From Myxococcota bacterium (GTDB lineage Bacteria; Myxococcota_A; UBA9042; PHBI01; JAWLBL01): 64,000 bases of DNA. The stretch's first letter is position 1. Each line of letters opens with the position of its first letter. The stretch is from assembly GCA_041687695.1 (NCBI GenBank), contig JAWLBL010000003.1, positions 296,109-360,108 on the forward strand, in the 5' to 3' direction. Made by a program: the position numbers and the translations under genes. The notes beneath the pieces are model-generated. The model worked only from the letters and a program-made list of their open reading frames with translations, was not told the DNA's origin and ran no database searches. Below are positions 14,697-25,428 of this stretch, piece by piece.

Positions 14697-15746
14697 ATGC
14701 ACATCACGATGGTCAAAAAGCGCCTGGCGAGCGGCGAGGCGTGCCCCAAGTGCCTGCAGGCCGAGGAGGTGCTGCGCGGGCGCGGGCTGTGGGCGCGCAT
14801 CGACGAGGTGGTGTGGGCCGAGGAGGGGCGCCCCGAGTCGCCGGGGATGGTCCTGGCGGCGCGGCACGGGGTCGAGCTGGCGCCGTTCTTCGTCGTGAGG
14901 GCGGACGACGGGACCGAGACGGTGCACGTCAGCACGATTCGCCTCATCAAGCTGGCGCTGCAGCAGGCCGCGACGCCGTTGTCGGGCGCGCCGGTGGAGG
15001 GGCTCGACGGCGAGGGGCTGGTGCGGGCCGAAGCCGAGCTGGCCGTGGCCGAGCCCATCGAGGTCGTGCGGTGGGCGCTCGAGCGGTTCGGGGCGGACTG
15101 CGCCATCGCGTTCTCGGGGGCCGAGGACGTCGTGCTCGTCGACCTGGCGGTCCGGACGGGGCTGCCGTTCGGCGTGTTCTGCCTGGACACCGGGCGGCTG
15201 CACCCCGAGACGTACCGGTACCTCGAGACGGTGCGCACCCACTACGGGATCGCGCTCGAGGTGCTGTCGCCCGAGCCGGCCGCGGTGCAGGATCTCGTGC
15301 GGCGCAAGGGGCTGTTCAGCTTCCTCGAGGACGGCCACGGCGAGTGCTGCGGCGTGCGCAAGGTGGCGCCGCTGAAGGCGCACCTGGCCGGCCAGCGGGC
15401 CTGGATGACCGGGCAGCGCCGCGACCAGAGCCCGACCCGCGCCGAGGTGCCGGTCGTGCAGGCCGACCCGGCGTTCCGCGGGCGCGGCGACGGGCCGCTG
15501 GTCAAGCTCAACCCGCTGGCCAACTGGACCTCGGAGCAGGTGTGGGCCTACATCCGCGGGCGTGAGGTGCCCTTCAACCCGCTGCACACGCGCGGCTTCA
15601 AGTCCATCGGCTGCGAGCCCTGCACGCGCGCGACCCACCCGGGCGAGCACGAGCGCGAGGGCCGCTGGTGGTGGGAGGAGGCCACCGTGCGCGAGTGCGG
15701 GCTGCACGTCGCCAAGGCCGCGCCGGCGACCGCCGAGCCGACCTGA
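14697..15746 (+). CDS. cysH: Adenylylsulfate (APS) reductase, [4Fe-4S] CysH type, with an N-terminal CxxC thioredoxin/glutaredoxin-like domain
   Basis: [29 protein letters not shown] and SIGCEPCT (Fe-S ligands), C-terminal ECGLH; extra ~90 aa N-terminus with CPKC. Confidence 0.92.
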   Translation: MHITMVKKRLASGEACPKCLQAEEVLRGRGLWARIDEVVWAEEGRPESPGMVLAARHGVELAPFFVVRADDGTETVHVSTIRLIKLALQQAATPLSGAPVEGLDGEGLVRAEAELAVAEPIEVVRWALERFGADCAIAFSGAEDVVLVDLAVRTGLPFGVFCLDTGRLHPETYRYLETVRTHYGIALEVLSPEPAAVQDLVRRKGLFSFLEDGHGECCGVRKVAPLKAHLAGQRAWMTGQRRDQSPTRAEVPVVQADPAFRGRGDGPLVKLNPLANWTSEQVWAYIRGREVPFNPLHTRGFKSIGCEPCTRATHPGEHEREGRWWWEEATVRECGLHVAKAAPATAEPT

Positions 15747-15864
15747 TGGGCGGCGGGCGGCCGGGCCCTCGGCCTTGGCCCGCGCGCCCGCGTCCCTATT
15801 AGATGTTGCTTCGTCCGGGGGCTTTGCGGTTTAACCGCGGCCCTCCGGCCAGCCAGGACACCCC

Positions 15865-17742
15865 ATGGAACAGCACGCGCACGACCTCGACCACGGCCAG
15901 CACGGCGCCCCCGACGACGCGGCGGGCGCCGACGCCGAGCTGCATCGCATCCGCCACAGCCTCGCGCACGTCATGGCGCAGGCGGTGCTCGAGCTCCGGC
16001 CCGGGTCGACCCTCGGCTTCGGGCCGCCGATCGCGGACGGCTTCTACTACGACTTCATCCTCTCCGAGCCGCTGACCGAGGCGGACTTCCCGGAGATCGA
16101 AAAGCGCATGAAGCACCTCATCAAGCAGAACCACGCGTTCGAGCGCGAGGAGCTGCCGCGTGAGGAGGCCATGGCGCGCCTCGACGAGATGGGCGAGCCG
16201 TACAAGCGCGAGTACGCCGAGGAGCTGTTCGAGAAGAAGGGCCTGAGCACGCTCAGCTTCTATCGCACGGGCAAGTTCCTCGACATGTGCGACGGGCCGC
16301 ACGTGCAGACCAGCCGGCAGATCCCGGCGGGCGCCTTCAAGCTGCGCAGCCTCGCGGGCGCCTACTGGCGGGGCGACAGCCGCAACGTGATGATGACCCG
16401 CATCTACGCCTGGGCCTTCCACACCAAGGAGGAGCTCGAGGCGCACGTGAAGGCCTACCACGAGGCCCTGGCGCGCGATCACAAGAAGCTCGGCAAGGAG
16501 CTGGACCTCTTCGTCATCGACGACACCATCGGCAAGGGCCTGCCGCTGTGGCTGCCGAACGGCACCGTCGTCCGCGACGAGCTCGAGAAGCTGATGCGCG
16601 AGCTGGAGTTCAAGGCGGGCTACGACCGGGTCGCGACGCCGCACCTGGCCAAGGTGGACCTGTACTACCAGACCGGCCACCTGCCGTACTACGCGCCGCA
16701 CATGTACCCCATCATGGAGCTCAAGGAGACCCGCGAGACGGAAGGCGGCGTGGTCGAGGAGATCAAGGAGGCCTACTGCCTGCGGCCGATGAACTGCCCG
16801 CACCACCACAAGGTCTTCGCGGCGCGCATGCGGTCGTATCGCGACCTGCCGCTGCGTCTGGCGGAGTACGGGCAGGTCTATCGCTTCGAGGACTCGGGCG
16901 CGCTGTCGGGCCTGCTGCGCGTGCGCGGCATGTGCATGAACGACGCGCACATCTACTGCACCGAGGACCAGATCAAGAGCGAGTTCCTGAAGGTGATGGA
17001 CATGCACCGCGAGGTCTACGAGATCCTCGGGCTGTCCAACTACTACTTCCGGTTCTCGACCTGGGACCCCGAGGACCCCAAGGGCAAGGACAAGTACGTC
17101 AACAACCCCGAGGCCTGGGAGAAGACGCAGCGCCTGGTCTACGAGGCGATGGTCGAGAGCGGGCTGCCCTTCAAGGAGGGCAAGGGCGAGGCGGCCTTCT
17201 ACGGGCCGAAGATCGACGTGCAGTTCAAGACGGTGACCGGACGCGAGGAGACGGCCAGCACCAACCAGCTGGACTTCGCGGTCCCCGAGCGCCTGGACCT
17301 GCGCTACACGGGTCCGGACAACAAGGAGCACCGGCCCTACATCATCCACCGGGCGCCGCTGGGGACCCACGAGCGCTTCGTGGCCTTCCTCATCGAGCAC
17401 TACGGCGGCGCGTTCCCGACCTGGCTCGCGCCCGTGCAGGTGCGCTTCGTCACGGTGGGCGAGCGCTTCAACGAGCACGCCGAGAAGCTCTGCGCCGAGC
17501 TGCGGGGCGCCCCCGGTGCCATGGTCCGCGCCGAGGTCGACGAGTCGGCCGACACGATGGGCAAGAAGATCCGCAACGCGGTGACCCGCAAGATCCCGAA
17601 CATCGCCGTCATCGGCGAGCGCGAGCAGGCCGAGGGGACCGTCACCTGGCGACGCTACGGCCGGCAGGACCAGGAGACGGTGCCGTTCGCCGAGTTCAAG
17701 GCGCGCGTGCTCGAGGCCATCGCCACGCGGAGCCGTAGCTGA
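15865..17742 (+). CDS. thrS: Threonine--tRNA ligase (no obvious N-terminal TGS domain)
   Basis: RHSLAHVMAQAV, CDGPHV, RDHKKLG, LRPMNCPHH, GEAAFYGPKID, IHRAPLGTHERF. Confidence 0.98.
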   Translation: MEQHAHDLDHGQHGAPDDAAGADAELHRIRHSLAHVMAQAVLELRPGSTLGFGPPIADGFYYDFILSEPLTEADFPEIEKRMKHLIKQNHAFEREELPREEAMARLDEMGEPYKREYAEELFEKKGLSTLSFYRTGKFLDMCDGPHVQTSRQIPAGAFKLRSLAGAYWRGDSRNVMMTRIYAWAFHTKEELEAHVKAYHEALARDHKKLGKELDLFVIDDTIGKGLPLWLPNGTVVRDELEKLMRELEFKAGYDRVATPHLAKVDLYYQTGHLPYYAPHMYPIMELKETRETEGGVVEEIKEAYCLRPMNCPHHHKVFAARMRSYRDLPLRLAEYGQVYRFEDSGALSGLLRVRGMCMNDAHIYCTEDQIKSEFLKVMDMHREVYEILGLSNYYFRFSTWDPEDPKGKDKYVNNPEAWEKTQRLVYEAMVESGLPFKEGKGEAAFYGPKIDVQFKTVTGREETASTNQLDFAVPERLDLRYTGPDNKEHRPYIIHRAPLGTHERFVAFLIEHYGGAFPTWLAPVQVRFVTVGERFNEHAEKLCAELRGAPGAMVRAEVDESADTMGKKIRNAVTRKIPNIAVIGEREQAEGTVTWRRYGRQDQETVPFAEFKARVLEAIATRSRS

Positions 17743-17744
17743 CG

Positions 17745-18803
17745 ATGACTGGCCCGGGGCTGACCTCGGGCCTCGCGTCGTCCGCCCGCCAAGGGAGGTC
17801 GGCGCCGCTCGTCGTGGCGGCGCTGGCCGCGCTGCTCGTCTGCGGGTCGGCCATCTCGTGGCTGATGGCGGGCGACGGGGCGCGTCCGGCCGCCCACCTG
17901 ACGCTCGGGCTGGTCGCTGGGCTGGCCGGCGTGCTCGCGGGCGCCCGCTGGTCGGTGCAGGCCCTGGTCGCGCCGGTGGCCCTGGCGGCGCTGGTGTTGA
18001 CCGCGCTGCTGTTCGGCACCGCGCTGGGGAGCCCCGAGCTGGGCGCCTACCGCACGGTGCAGCTGGGGCTCCCGGTGCAGCCGGCGCCCTTCTGGGTGCT
18101 GGCGGCCCAGCTGGCGGCCGTGGCGGCGGCCGGGGGCGATCGACGCGCGCGCGGCTGGCTGGCGGTCGCGCTGGCGGGCTGCCTGGCCAGCGCCTGGGCG
18201 ATGCGCGAGCTGTCGGTCGTGCCCCAGACCGCCGCCGCCCTGGTCGCCATCACCTTCAGCGTGGGCCGGTACGGGCTCGTGCTGGTGACCCTGGCCGTCA
18301 CGGGCCTGGTGGTCGCGCTCAGCGCCGGCCTGCCCTACGTCAAGCGGCGCTGGGTCGGCTGGCTGGACCCCGACGGCCACGCCCGCGGTGCCGGCTGGGA
18401 CTACCAGGCGCTGCGCCGGACCGTCCAGGGCAGCCGCTGGCTGGGCCCCGCCGAGGCGCCGCTGCCGCGCGTCTCCTCGCCCTTCGCCGACTACTGGTTG
18501 GCGTCGGCCATGTGGCGCCTGGGGCGGCTGCCCGTGCTGGGCTGGACGCTGGGGCTGGCGGCGACCCTGGTCGCGGCGGGCGCGCCGACGCTGCGCGGCC
18601 CTGCCGGGCCCGGCGTGTTGCTGACCCGCGCCGTGGCGGCCGGGATGCTGGCCTCGCTGGCCATCCACGTCGCCTACAACGTGGGCCTGATGCCCGTGAC
18701 CGCCGTCGACCCGCCGCTGGCCGGCCCCGGCGGCGCCTCGGTGGCCCTGCAGCTCTTCGCCCTGTGCTTCGGGCTCAGCCACCGCGGCGAGGCGGCGCGC
18801 TGA
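17745..18803 (+). CDS. Divergent FtsW/RodA/SpoVE (SEDS) family membrane protein
   Basis: About 10 hydrophobic segments; YVKRRWVGWLDP..GAGWDY, LPRVSSPFADYWL, NVGLMPVTAVDPPLAGPGGAS resemble SEDS motifs. Confidence 0.65.
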   Translation: MTGPGLTSGLASSARQGRSAPLVVAALAALLVCGSAISWLMAGDGARPAAHLTLGLVAGLAGVLAGARWSVQALVAPVALAALVLTALLFGTALGSPELGAYRTVQLGLPVQPAPFWVLAAQLAAVAAAGGDRRARGWLAVALAGCLASAWAMRELSVVPQTAAALVAITFSVGRYGLVLVTLAVTGLVVALSAGLPYVKRRWVGWLDPDGHARGAGWDYQALRRTVQGSRWLGPAEAPLPRVSSPFADYWLASAMWRLGRLPVLGWTLGLAATLVAAGAPTLRGPAGPGVLLTRAVAAGMLASLAIHVAYNVGLMPVTAVDPPLAGPGGASVALQLFALCFGLSHRGEAAR

Positions 18804-18809
18804 CGAGGC

Positions 18810-19232
18810 TCAGGGCCGCTGGGCGAGATCCCGGGCGCGCTTGCGGTTCTCGCTGCGGGCGACGTCGATGGCGTCGAAGATCTGCAGCGGCCAGAAGAGC
18901 ATCGCCAGGAACACGGTCGGCAGCGACAGCATGGTCACGATGAGCCAGCCGATGCCGCGGGCCGAGCGGCCGGCGTAGATCTGGCCGGCGCCCGGGATGA
19001 CCATGCTGAGCAGCCCCGCCACGGCCGGCGAGTGGGGGGGCTCGACGACGATGACCGCGGGCGGGGACTTCGGCGCGGACGCCCGGTCGACCAGCTCGCG
19101 CTCGAGGTTGGCGGCGCACACGTCGCAGTAGTTGCGGCCGAACATCTTGTTGCGGCAGCTCGGGCACACGCCGCCGCCGCAGGCGCAGCAGGCCGCGACG
19201 GCCGGGAGATCGAGGTGGACGGCGCAGTTCAT
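18810..19232 (-). CDS. B-box-type zinc finger plus TM2-like membrane domain protein
   Basis: CAVH..A...CCACGGGVCPSC..YCDVC; SPAVAGLLSMVIPGAGQIYAG. Confidence 0.8.
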   Translation of the reverse strand: MNCAVHLDLPAVAACCACGGGVCPSCRNKMFGRNYCDVCAANLERELVDRASAPKSPPAVIVVEPPHSPAVAGLLSMVIPGAGQIYAGRSARGIGWLIVTMLSLPTVFLAMLFWPLQIFDAIDVARSENRKRARDLAQRP

Positions 19233-19777
19233 GGGTCACCTCGGCGGTAGACGACCGGGCCGTCGAGGCGCTCCCAGTCGGGGACGAGCAGCTCGCGGGC
19301 GGCGAGCCAGCCGAGGACCTGCTCGGCCTCGTCGGGGTGGAGGGCGAAGTCGCGCACGAGGTCGGCGTGGGTCACGGCCGGGGCTCGGAGCGCGCGGAAG
19401 ACGCCCAGGGCGCGGGCCTCGAGGCGCTGGCGACGGTGGCGGCGCCAGACGCTGCGCCCATGGATCATGGCAGCGAGGACGAGGACACCCGCGGCGAGCG
19501 ACCCAAGCGGCGGTCCGACGACCGCCATGCTCACAGCGCACAAGTACAGCCCAAGAGGGCCAGCGAGCGCGGCGATGGAAGGTCTGCTGGGCAAGTCGGG
19601 CAAGCTGTGTGTCGGCTGTGGCCCAGGGAGGGCCGCCGGCGCCGTGAGGGCGCAGGTGCGGCAGGCGAAGCGGCCGCCCTCGGGCGCGAGGACCCGGCAG
19701 TCGGCGCACACGAACCGCCCGCAGCGTGTGCAGGCGCCCAGGGCGGGGCGGCTCGGGTGGGTCTCGCAGGCGGACAT
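19229..19777 (-). CDS. B-box-type zinc finger membrane protein with a C-terminal winged-helix-like segment
   Basis: MSACETHPSRPALGACTRCGRFVCADC..ACRTC; two TM helices; VTHADLVRDFALHPDEAEQVLGWL; stop overlaps the next ATG. Confidence 0.72.
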   Translation of the reverse strand: MSACETHPSRPALGACTRCGRFVCADCRVLAPEGGRFACRTCALTAPAALPGPQPTHSLPDLPSRPSIAALAGPLGLYLCAVSMAVVGPPLGSLAAGVLVLAAMIHGRSVWRRHRRQRLEARALGVFRALRAPAVTHADLVRDFALHPDEAEQVLGWLAARELLVPDWERLDGPVVYRRGDP

Positions 19778-19836
19778 GACGGCCTCGCTGGTTCGGCGGA
19801 CCCAACGCGGGGCCGGGTCCGCCGCTTCCCAGCCTA

Positions 19837-21234
<1,398 letters not shown>

Positions 21235-21504
21235 GGAGCTCTCCTGGAGTCGGTTCTAGGGCGTACGGGCGCGAACGCAGCGGGCTAGGCCGACCGGCGG
21301 ATGTCCGGTTGATGCAAGACGCCTATCTGGAACCACATGGTGGCGCGGACGATCGCAGAATCGCGGGTGGTTGTGAAGGGCTCGGATGCGACGATCCGAG
21401 GTGGGTTCCAACCCGCGGACGCCCCTGCCATTCCGCCGGCCACAGTGGACCGCGCCCGCCGGCTCTGCTTGTATCGCGCCCACCCCGCCGACCCGGAGCC
21501 GCCC

Positions 21505-22308
21505 ATGTCCGAACCCATCGCCCTGACCTTCGAGGGCCACGTCGCCACCGCCGCCCTGACCCGCCCCACCATGGACCCCGCCTTCTTCGACGCGCTCGAG
21601 AAGCTGCCGGCGCGCCTCGCCGAGCTCGACGACCTGCGCGCGGTCGTGCTCCACGGCCCCGACAAGGCCTTCAGCTACGGGCTCGACCTGCCCGCGACCT
21701 TCAAGGCCCACGGGCGCCTGTTCTCGGGGGGCGGCCTGGCCGCCGAGCGCACCGAGCTGCTGGCGCTCATCCGCCGCTGGCAGGCCGCCTTCACGGCCAT
21801 GGCCCAGCTGCCCGTGCCGACCATCGCCGCGCTGCACGGCTGGTGCATCGGCGGCGGCCTGGATCTCGCCAGCGCCTGCGACGTGCGCCTCGCCAGCCGC
21901 GACGCGAAGATCTCGCTGCGCGAGACGAAGATCGCCATCGTCGCCGACCTGGGGAGCCTGCAGCGCCTGCCCGCCCTCATCGGCCAGGGCCACACGCGCG
22001 AGCTGGCGTTCACCGGCAAGACCATCGACGCCCAGCGCGCCCACGCCATCGGCCTGGTCAACGACCTCTTCGACGACCGCGAGGCCGTCGTGGCCGCCGC
22101 CCACGCCATGGCCCGCGAGATCGCCGCCAACCCGCCGCTGACCGTCCGCGGCGTCAAGGACGTCCTGGACTTCGGCCTCGGGCGCCGCCCCGAGGACGGC
22201 CTGTCCTACGTCGCCGCCTGGAACAGCGCCTTTCTGGCCTCCGAGGACCTGGCCGAGGCCGTCTCGGCCTTCATGGCGCGCCGCGAGCCGGTCTTCAAGG
22301 GGCGCTGA
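21505..22308 (+). CDS. Crotonase/enoyl-CoA hydratase family (ECH1-like)
   Basis: FSYGLDL, IAALHGWCIGGGLDLASACDVR, ETKIAIVADLGSLQRLP. Confidence 0.92.
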   Translation: MSEPIALTFEGHVATAALTRPTMDPAFFDALEKLPARLAELDDLRAVVLHGPDKAFSYGLDLPATFKAHGRLFSGGGLAAERTELLALIRRWQAAFTAMAQLPVPTIAALHGWCIGGGLDLASACDVRLASRDAKISLRETKIAIVADLGSLQRLPALIGQGHTRELAFTGKTIDAQRAHAIGLVNDLFDDREAVVAAAHAMAREIAANPPLTVRGVKDVLDFGLGRRPEDGLSYVAAWNSAFLASEDLAEAVSAFMARREPVFKGR

Positions 22309-22375
22309 GGGCCCTGAAGCGTCCTGGCGCAGCGGCACCTTGACCCAGAGGCCTCCTCGGCGCTCTACTAGGGGC

Positions 22376-22999
22376 ATGAGCAGCACCCGAATCTACCGTA
22401 GTCTGCGCACGCTGGTGATCGCCGGCGGGCTGACCGTGGCTCCCCTCGCGCTGGCCGCCCCCGAGGCGCCGGTCGCCGCCGCGCCGGCGGTGTGCGAGGG
22501 CCTCGATCTGGTCCAGGCCCTGTCGGGGCTGACCTCGGGTCCGAACGTGCGGGTCGAGCGGCGGGCCGACGCCCTCGAGCTGGTCGACGTCCGCTCGGGG
22601 CAGGCGCTGGTGGTGGCCCACTGCGGCGGGCTGACGCTGGCCGGCCCCGAGGTCGTGCAGCGGCCCGAGCCGGGGCAGCCGACGCGCGCGCTCGAGACGC
22701 GCAAGGCCTCGGGCGAGCGGGCCTGGACCCACGTGGCCAGCGCGCGCGGCGCCCGCGTCACGGTGATCGAGCCCGGCGAGGTGAACGCGACCGGGCTGCA
22801 CGTCGTGGCCTTCGACTCGGGCGACGTGCACGTCACCGACGGGCGGGGTCTCGTGATGTTCGCGACGGCGACCCTGGCCGACGGCACCTACGTCGAGCGC
22901 CAGCACGCCGCGTACGGCTGCGGCTGCGAGCGGCGCACGGCCCCCGACGGGGCGGTCACCGAGGCCCCGCTGCCGACGCCGGCCCGCGCCGCTCGATAG
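22376..22999 (+). CDS. Secreted hypothetical protein
   Basis: Signal peptide ending LALA; beta-rich body with Cys residues (YGCGCE). Confidence 0.65.
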   Translation: MSSTRIYRSLRTLVIAGGLTVAPLALAAPEAPVAAAPAVCEGLDLVQALSGLTSGPNVRVERRADALELVDVRSGQALVVAHCGGLTLAGPEVVQRPEPGQPTRALETRKASGERAWTHVASARGARVTVIEPGEVNATGLHVVAFDSGDVHVTDGRGLVMFATATLADGTYVERQHAAYGCGCERRTAPDGAVTEAPLPTPARAAR

Positions 23000-23114
23000 A
23001 CGATTCGCTAGACGCCTGGCCCTTTCGCGTCGCCGCCCGGGCGAGTAAGCTCCGCGCCTCTCCACCACCCGACCCTCGCCGGCGCGCGGCGCCCGAGGCT
23101 GTGAAGGACGGCGC

Positions 23115-24863
23115 ATGACCCCCGATCGCGACGATCTGCTGGCCCGCGCGCGGGCCTGGCTGACCGAGGACTTCGACGTCGAGACCCGGCGCGAGCTCGA
23201 GCAGCTCATCGACGCCGACGACTTCGCGTCGCTGGCCGAGCGCTTCGCCGGGCCGCTCGAGTTCGGCACCGCCGGGCTGCGTGGGCTGGTCGGGGCGGGC
23301 CCCGGGCGCATGAACGCCGTGGTGGTGGCGCGCGCGACGGCGGGGCTGGCGCAGCAGATCAAGGAGACCCTGCCCGACGCGGCCGAGCGCGGGGTGGTCA
23401 TCGCGCGCGACGGCCGGCGCATGTCGCCCGAGCTGGCGCGGATCGCGGCCGAGATCCTGGCCGGGCACGGCGTGAAGGTGCTGTGGTTCGAGGCGCCGGT
23501 GCCGACGCCGGTGGCGGCGTTTGCGGGCAAGCATCTGAACGCGGCGGCCATCGCGGTGGTGACGGCCAGCCACAACCCGCCGGAGTACAACGGCTTCAAG
23601 GTCTATGGCGACAGCGGCCACCAGATCGTGCCGCCCCAGGACGAGCGCATCCGTGCGATCGCCGACGGCGTGGCGTCGGCGCGCGAGCTGCCGCGGCGCG
23701 ACTTCGACGACGCGGTGCGCGGGGGCCTCGTGCAGGTCCTGGGCGACGAGCTGGAGGAGGCGTACCTGAAGGCGCTGGACGACCAGTGCCTGGGCAGCGT
23801 GCCGCCGCCGGCACAGGTGACCGCGGTGCATACGGCGCTGCACGGCGTCGGGGACCGGTGGATCCACCGGGCGCTGACGCGGCGCGGGTTCACGGACGTG
23901 CACCGGGTCGCGGCGCAGGCCGAGCCGAACGCGGCGTTCCCGACCGTGCGCTTCCCGAACCCCGAGGAGGCGGGCGCGCTGGATCTTGCGACCGAGGAGG
24001 CGCGGGCGCGCGGGGCCGAGCTGATCCTGGCCAACGACCCGGACGCCGACCGGCTGTGCGTGGCGGTGGCGGACGCGGCGTCGAGCGACGGGTTCCGCGT
24101 GCTGACGGGCAACCAGCTGGGCATCCTGCTGGCGGACTGGCTGCTGGGCGAGCGGCAGCGGCAGGGCAAGCTGCCGGACAAGCCGCTGGTGGTGACGACC
24201 ATCGTCTCGACGTCGATGCTCGAGCGGGTGGCGGCGGCGTACGGCGCGCGGTGCGACGAGGTGCTGACCGGCTTCAAGTGGCTGTGGAAGAAGGCGCTGG
24301 AGCTCGAGCCCCAGGGGTACACGTGGGTGTTCGGGTTCGAGGAGGCGCTGGGGTACTGCGTGGGGCCGGCGGTGCGCGACAAGGACGGCGTCAGCGCGGC
24401 GCAGGTGGCGCTCGAGCTGGCGGCGGCGCTCAAGGCGCAGGGCAAGACGCTGCTCGACCGGCTCGAGGAGCTGACGCGTCAGCACGGCGTGTACGCGACC
24501 AGCCAGGTGTCGACGACGCTGCCGGGGATCGAGGGCGCGGCGCGCATCCAGCAGGTGATGAAGCAGCTGCGGGCCGGCCCGCCCGGCGCCATCGCCGGCA
24601 GCCGGGTGACGCGGGCGCGGGATCTGATGGACGCGGCGCAGACGGGCGGGCTGCCCAGGAGCAACGTCCTGACCTGGTGGCTCGAGGACGACAGCCGGGT
24701 CATCTTCCGGCCGAGCGGGACCGAGCCGAAGCTCAAGGCGTACCTCGAGGTGCGGCAGGAGGTCGGGGCGGGCGCGGGCGCGCTGGCCGACGCCGAGCGG
24801 CGGGCGCGGGCGCGGCTGGGCGAGCTGGAGGCGTGGGTGCGGCAGGTCGTCGCCCCGGGGTGA
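23115..24863 (+). CDS. Alpha-D-phosphohexomutase, PGM2/PmmB-like
   Basis: FGTAGLRG, TASHNP (phospho-Ser), NDPDADR, FEEALG, RPSGTEPKLKAY. Confidence 0.93.
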   Translation: MTPDRDDLLARARAWLTEDFDVETRRELEQLIDADDFASLAERFAGPLEFGTAGLRGLVGAGPGRMNAVVVARATAGLAQQIKETLPDAAERGVVIARDGRRMSPELARIAAEILAGHGVKVLWFEAPVPTPVAAFAGKHLNAAAIAVVTASHNPPEYNGFKVYGDSGHQIVPPQDERIRAIADGVASARELPRRDFDDAVRGGLVQVLGDELEEAYLKALDDQCLGSVPPPAQVTAVHTALHGVGDRWIHRALTRRGFTDVHRVAAQAEPNAAFPTVRFPNPEEAGALDLATEEARARGAELILANDPDADRLCVAVADAASSDGFRVLTGNQLGILLADWLLGERQRQGKLPDKPLVVTTIVSTSMLERVAAAYGARCDEVLTGFKWLWKKALELEPQGYTWVFGFEEALGYCVGPAVRDKDGVSAAQVALELAAALKAQGKTLLDRLEELTRQHGVYATSQVSTTLPGIEGAARIQQVMKQLRAGPPGAIAGSRVTRARDLMDAAQTGGLPRSNVLTWWLEDDSRVIFRPSGTEPKLKAYLEVRQEVGAGAGALADAERRARARLGELEAWVRQVVAPG

Positions 24864-24920
24864 CGCGCCGTCGGGCTTCGTGCTAGCAATCGCGTCGTCC
24901 CCTATTGGCAGCAGGAGCGC

Positions 24921-25361
24921 GTGATGGACGAGGGATCGGCGGCGGTGATGACCGAGTACGTGCTCGAGGAAAAGCGCCTGCGCGCCAAGCTGGGCGTCCT
25001 CGAGCAGCAGCTGGTCGAGCCCGAGGCGCGGCTGGAAAAAGCCAAGGCGATCCTGCTCAAGGCCAAGGCGGCCTACGAGCAGGCGCTGGAGGTGGTCAAG
25101 CCGCTGCGATCGGACAAGACGCTGCTCGAGGGCGAGCTGCAGCTGCTCGAGGAGAAGAAGCAGAAGCTGCGCATGGAGATGCGCATGCAGGAGGCGGGGC
25201 AGATCCGGCCGGGCACCAGCGAGTTCGTCGAGCAGATGAGCCAGCTGGTCGGCAGCCCCGAGGAGCTGGCCCTGCGCAAGGCGACCAAGGACGCCGAGGC
25301 CGACGAGGCGCTGGCGCGGCTCAAGGGCAAGATGAACGGCGGCAAGGACGGCGCGCAGTAG
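24921..25361 (+). CDS. Coiled-coil protein with a PspA-like C-terminus
   Basis: Long heptad-rich helix; ends ADEALARLKGKM. Confidence 0.6.
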   Translation: MMDEGSAAVMTEYVLEEKRLRAKLGVLEQQLVEPEARLEKAKAILLKAKAAYEQALEVVKPLRSDKTLLEGELQLLEEKKQKLRMEMRMQEAGQIRPGTSEFVEQMSQLVGSPEELALRKATKDAEADEALARLKGKMNGGKDGAQ

Positions 25362-25428
25362 CGCGGGCGTCGGGCCTTGGGCCGCCGGCCGTTGGCGCCG
25401 GCGACCGCGGGGTCTATGATGGGTCGCG

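Noticed and set aside
17738..18806. 8-bp direct repeat GCTGACGA at the thrS stop and the SEDS-like gene stop, suggesting a second insertion
   Set aside because: Too short, and partly forced by the shared TGA; compatible with chance.
21240..21430. Lysine/SAM riboswitch or sigma54 promoter call
   Set aside because: Consensus nucleotides and a TGGC-N9-TGC-type -24/-12 pattern could not be matched; kept only as an unassigned structured leader.
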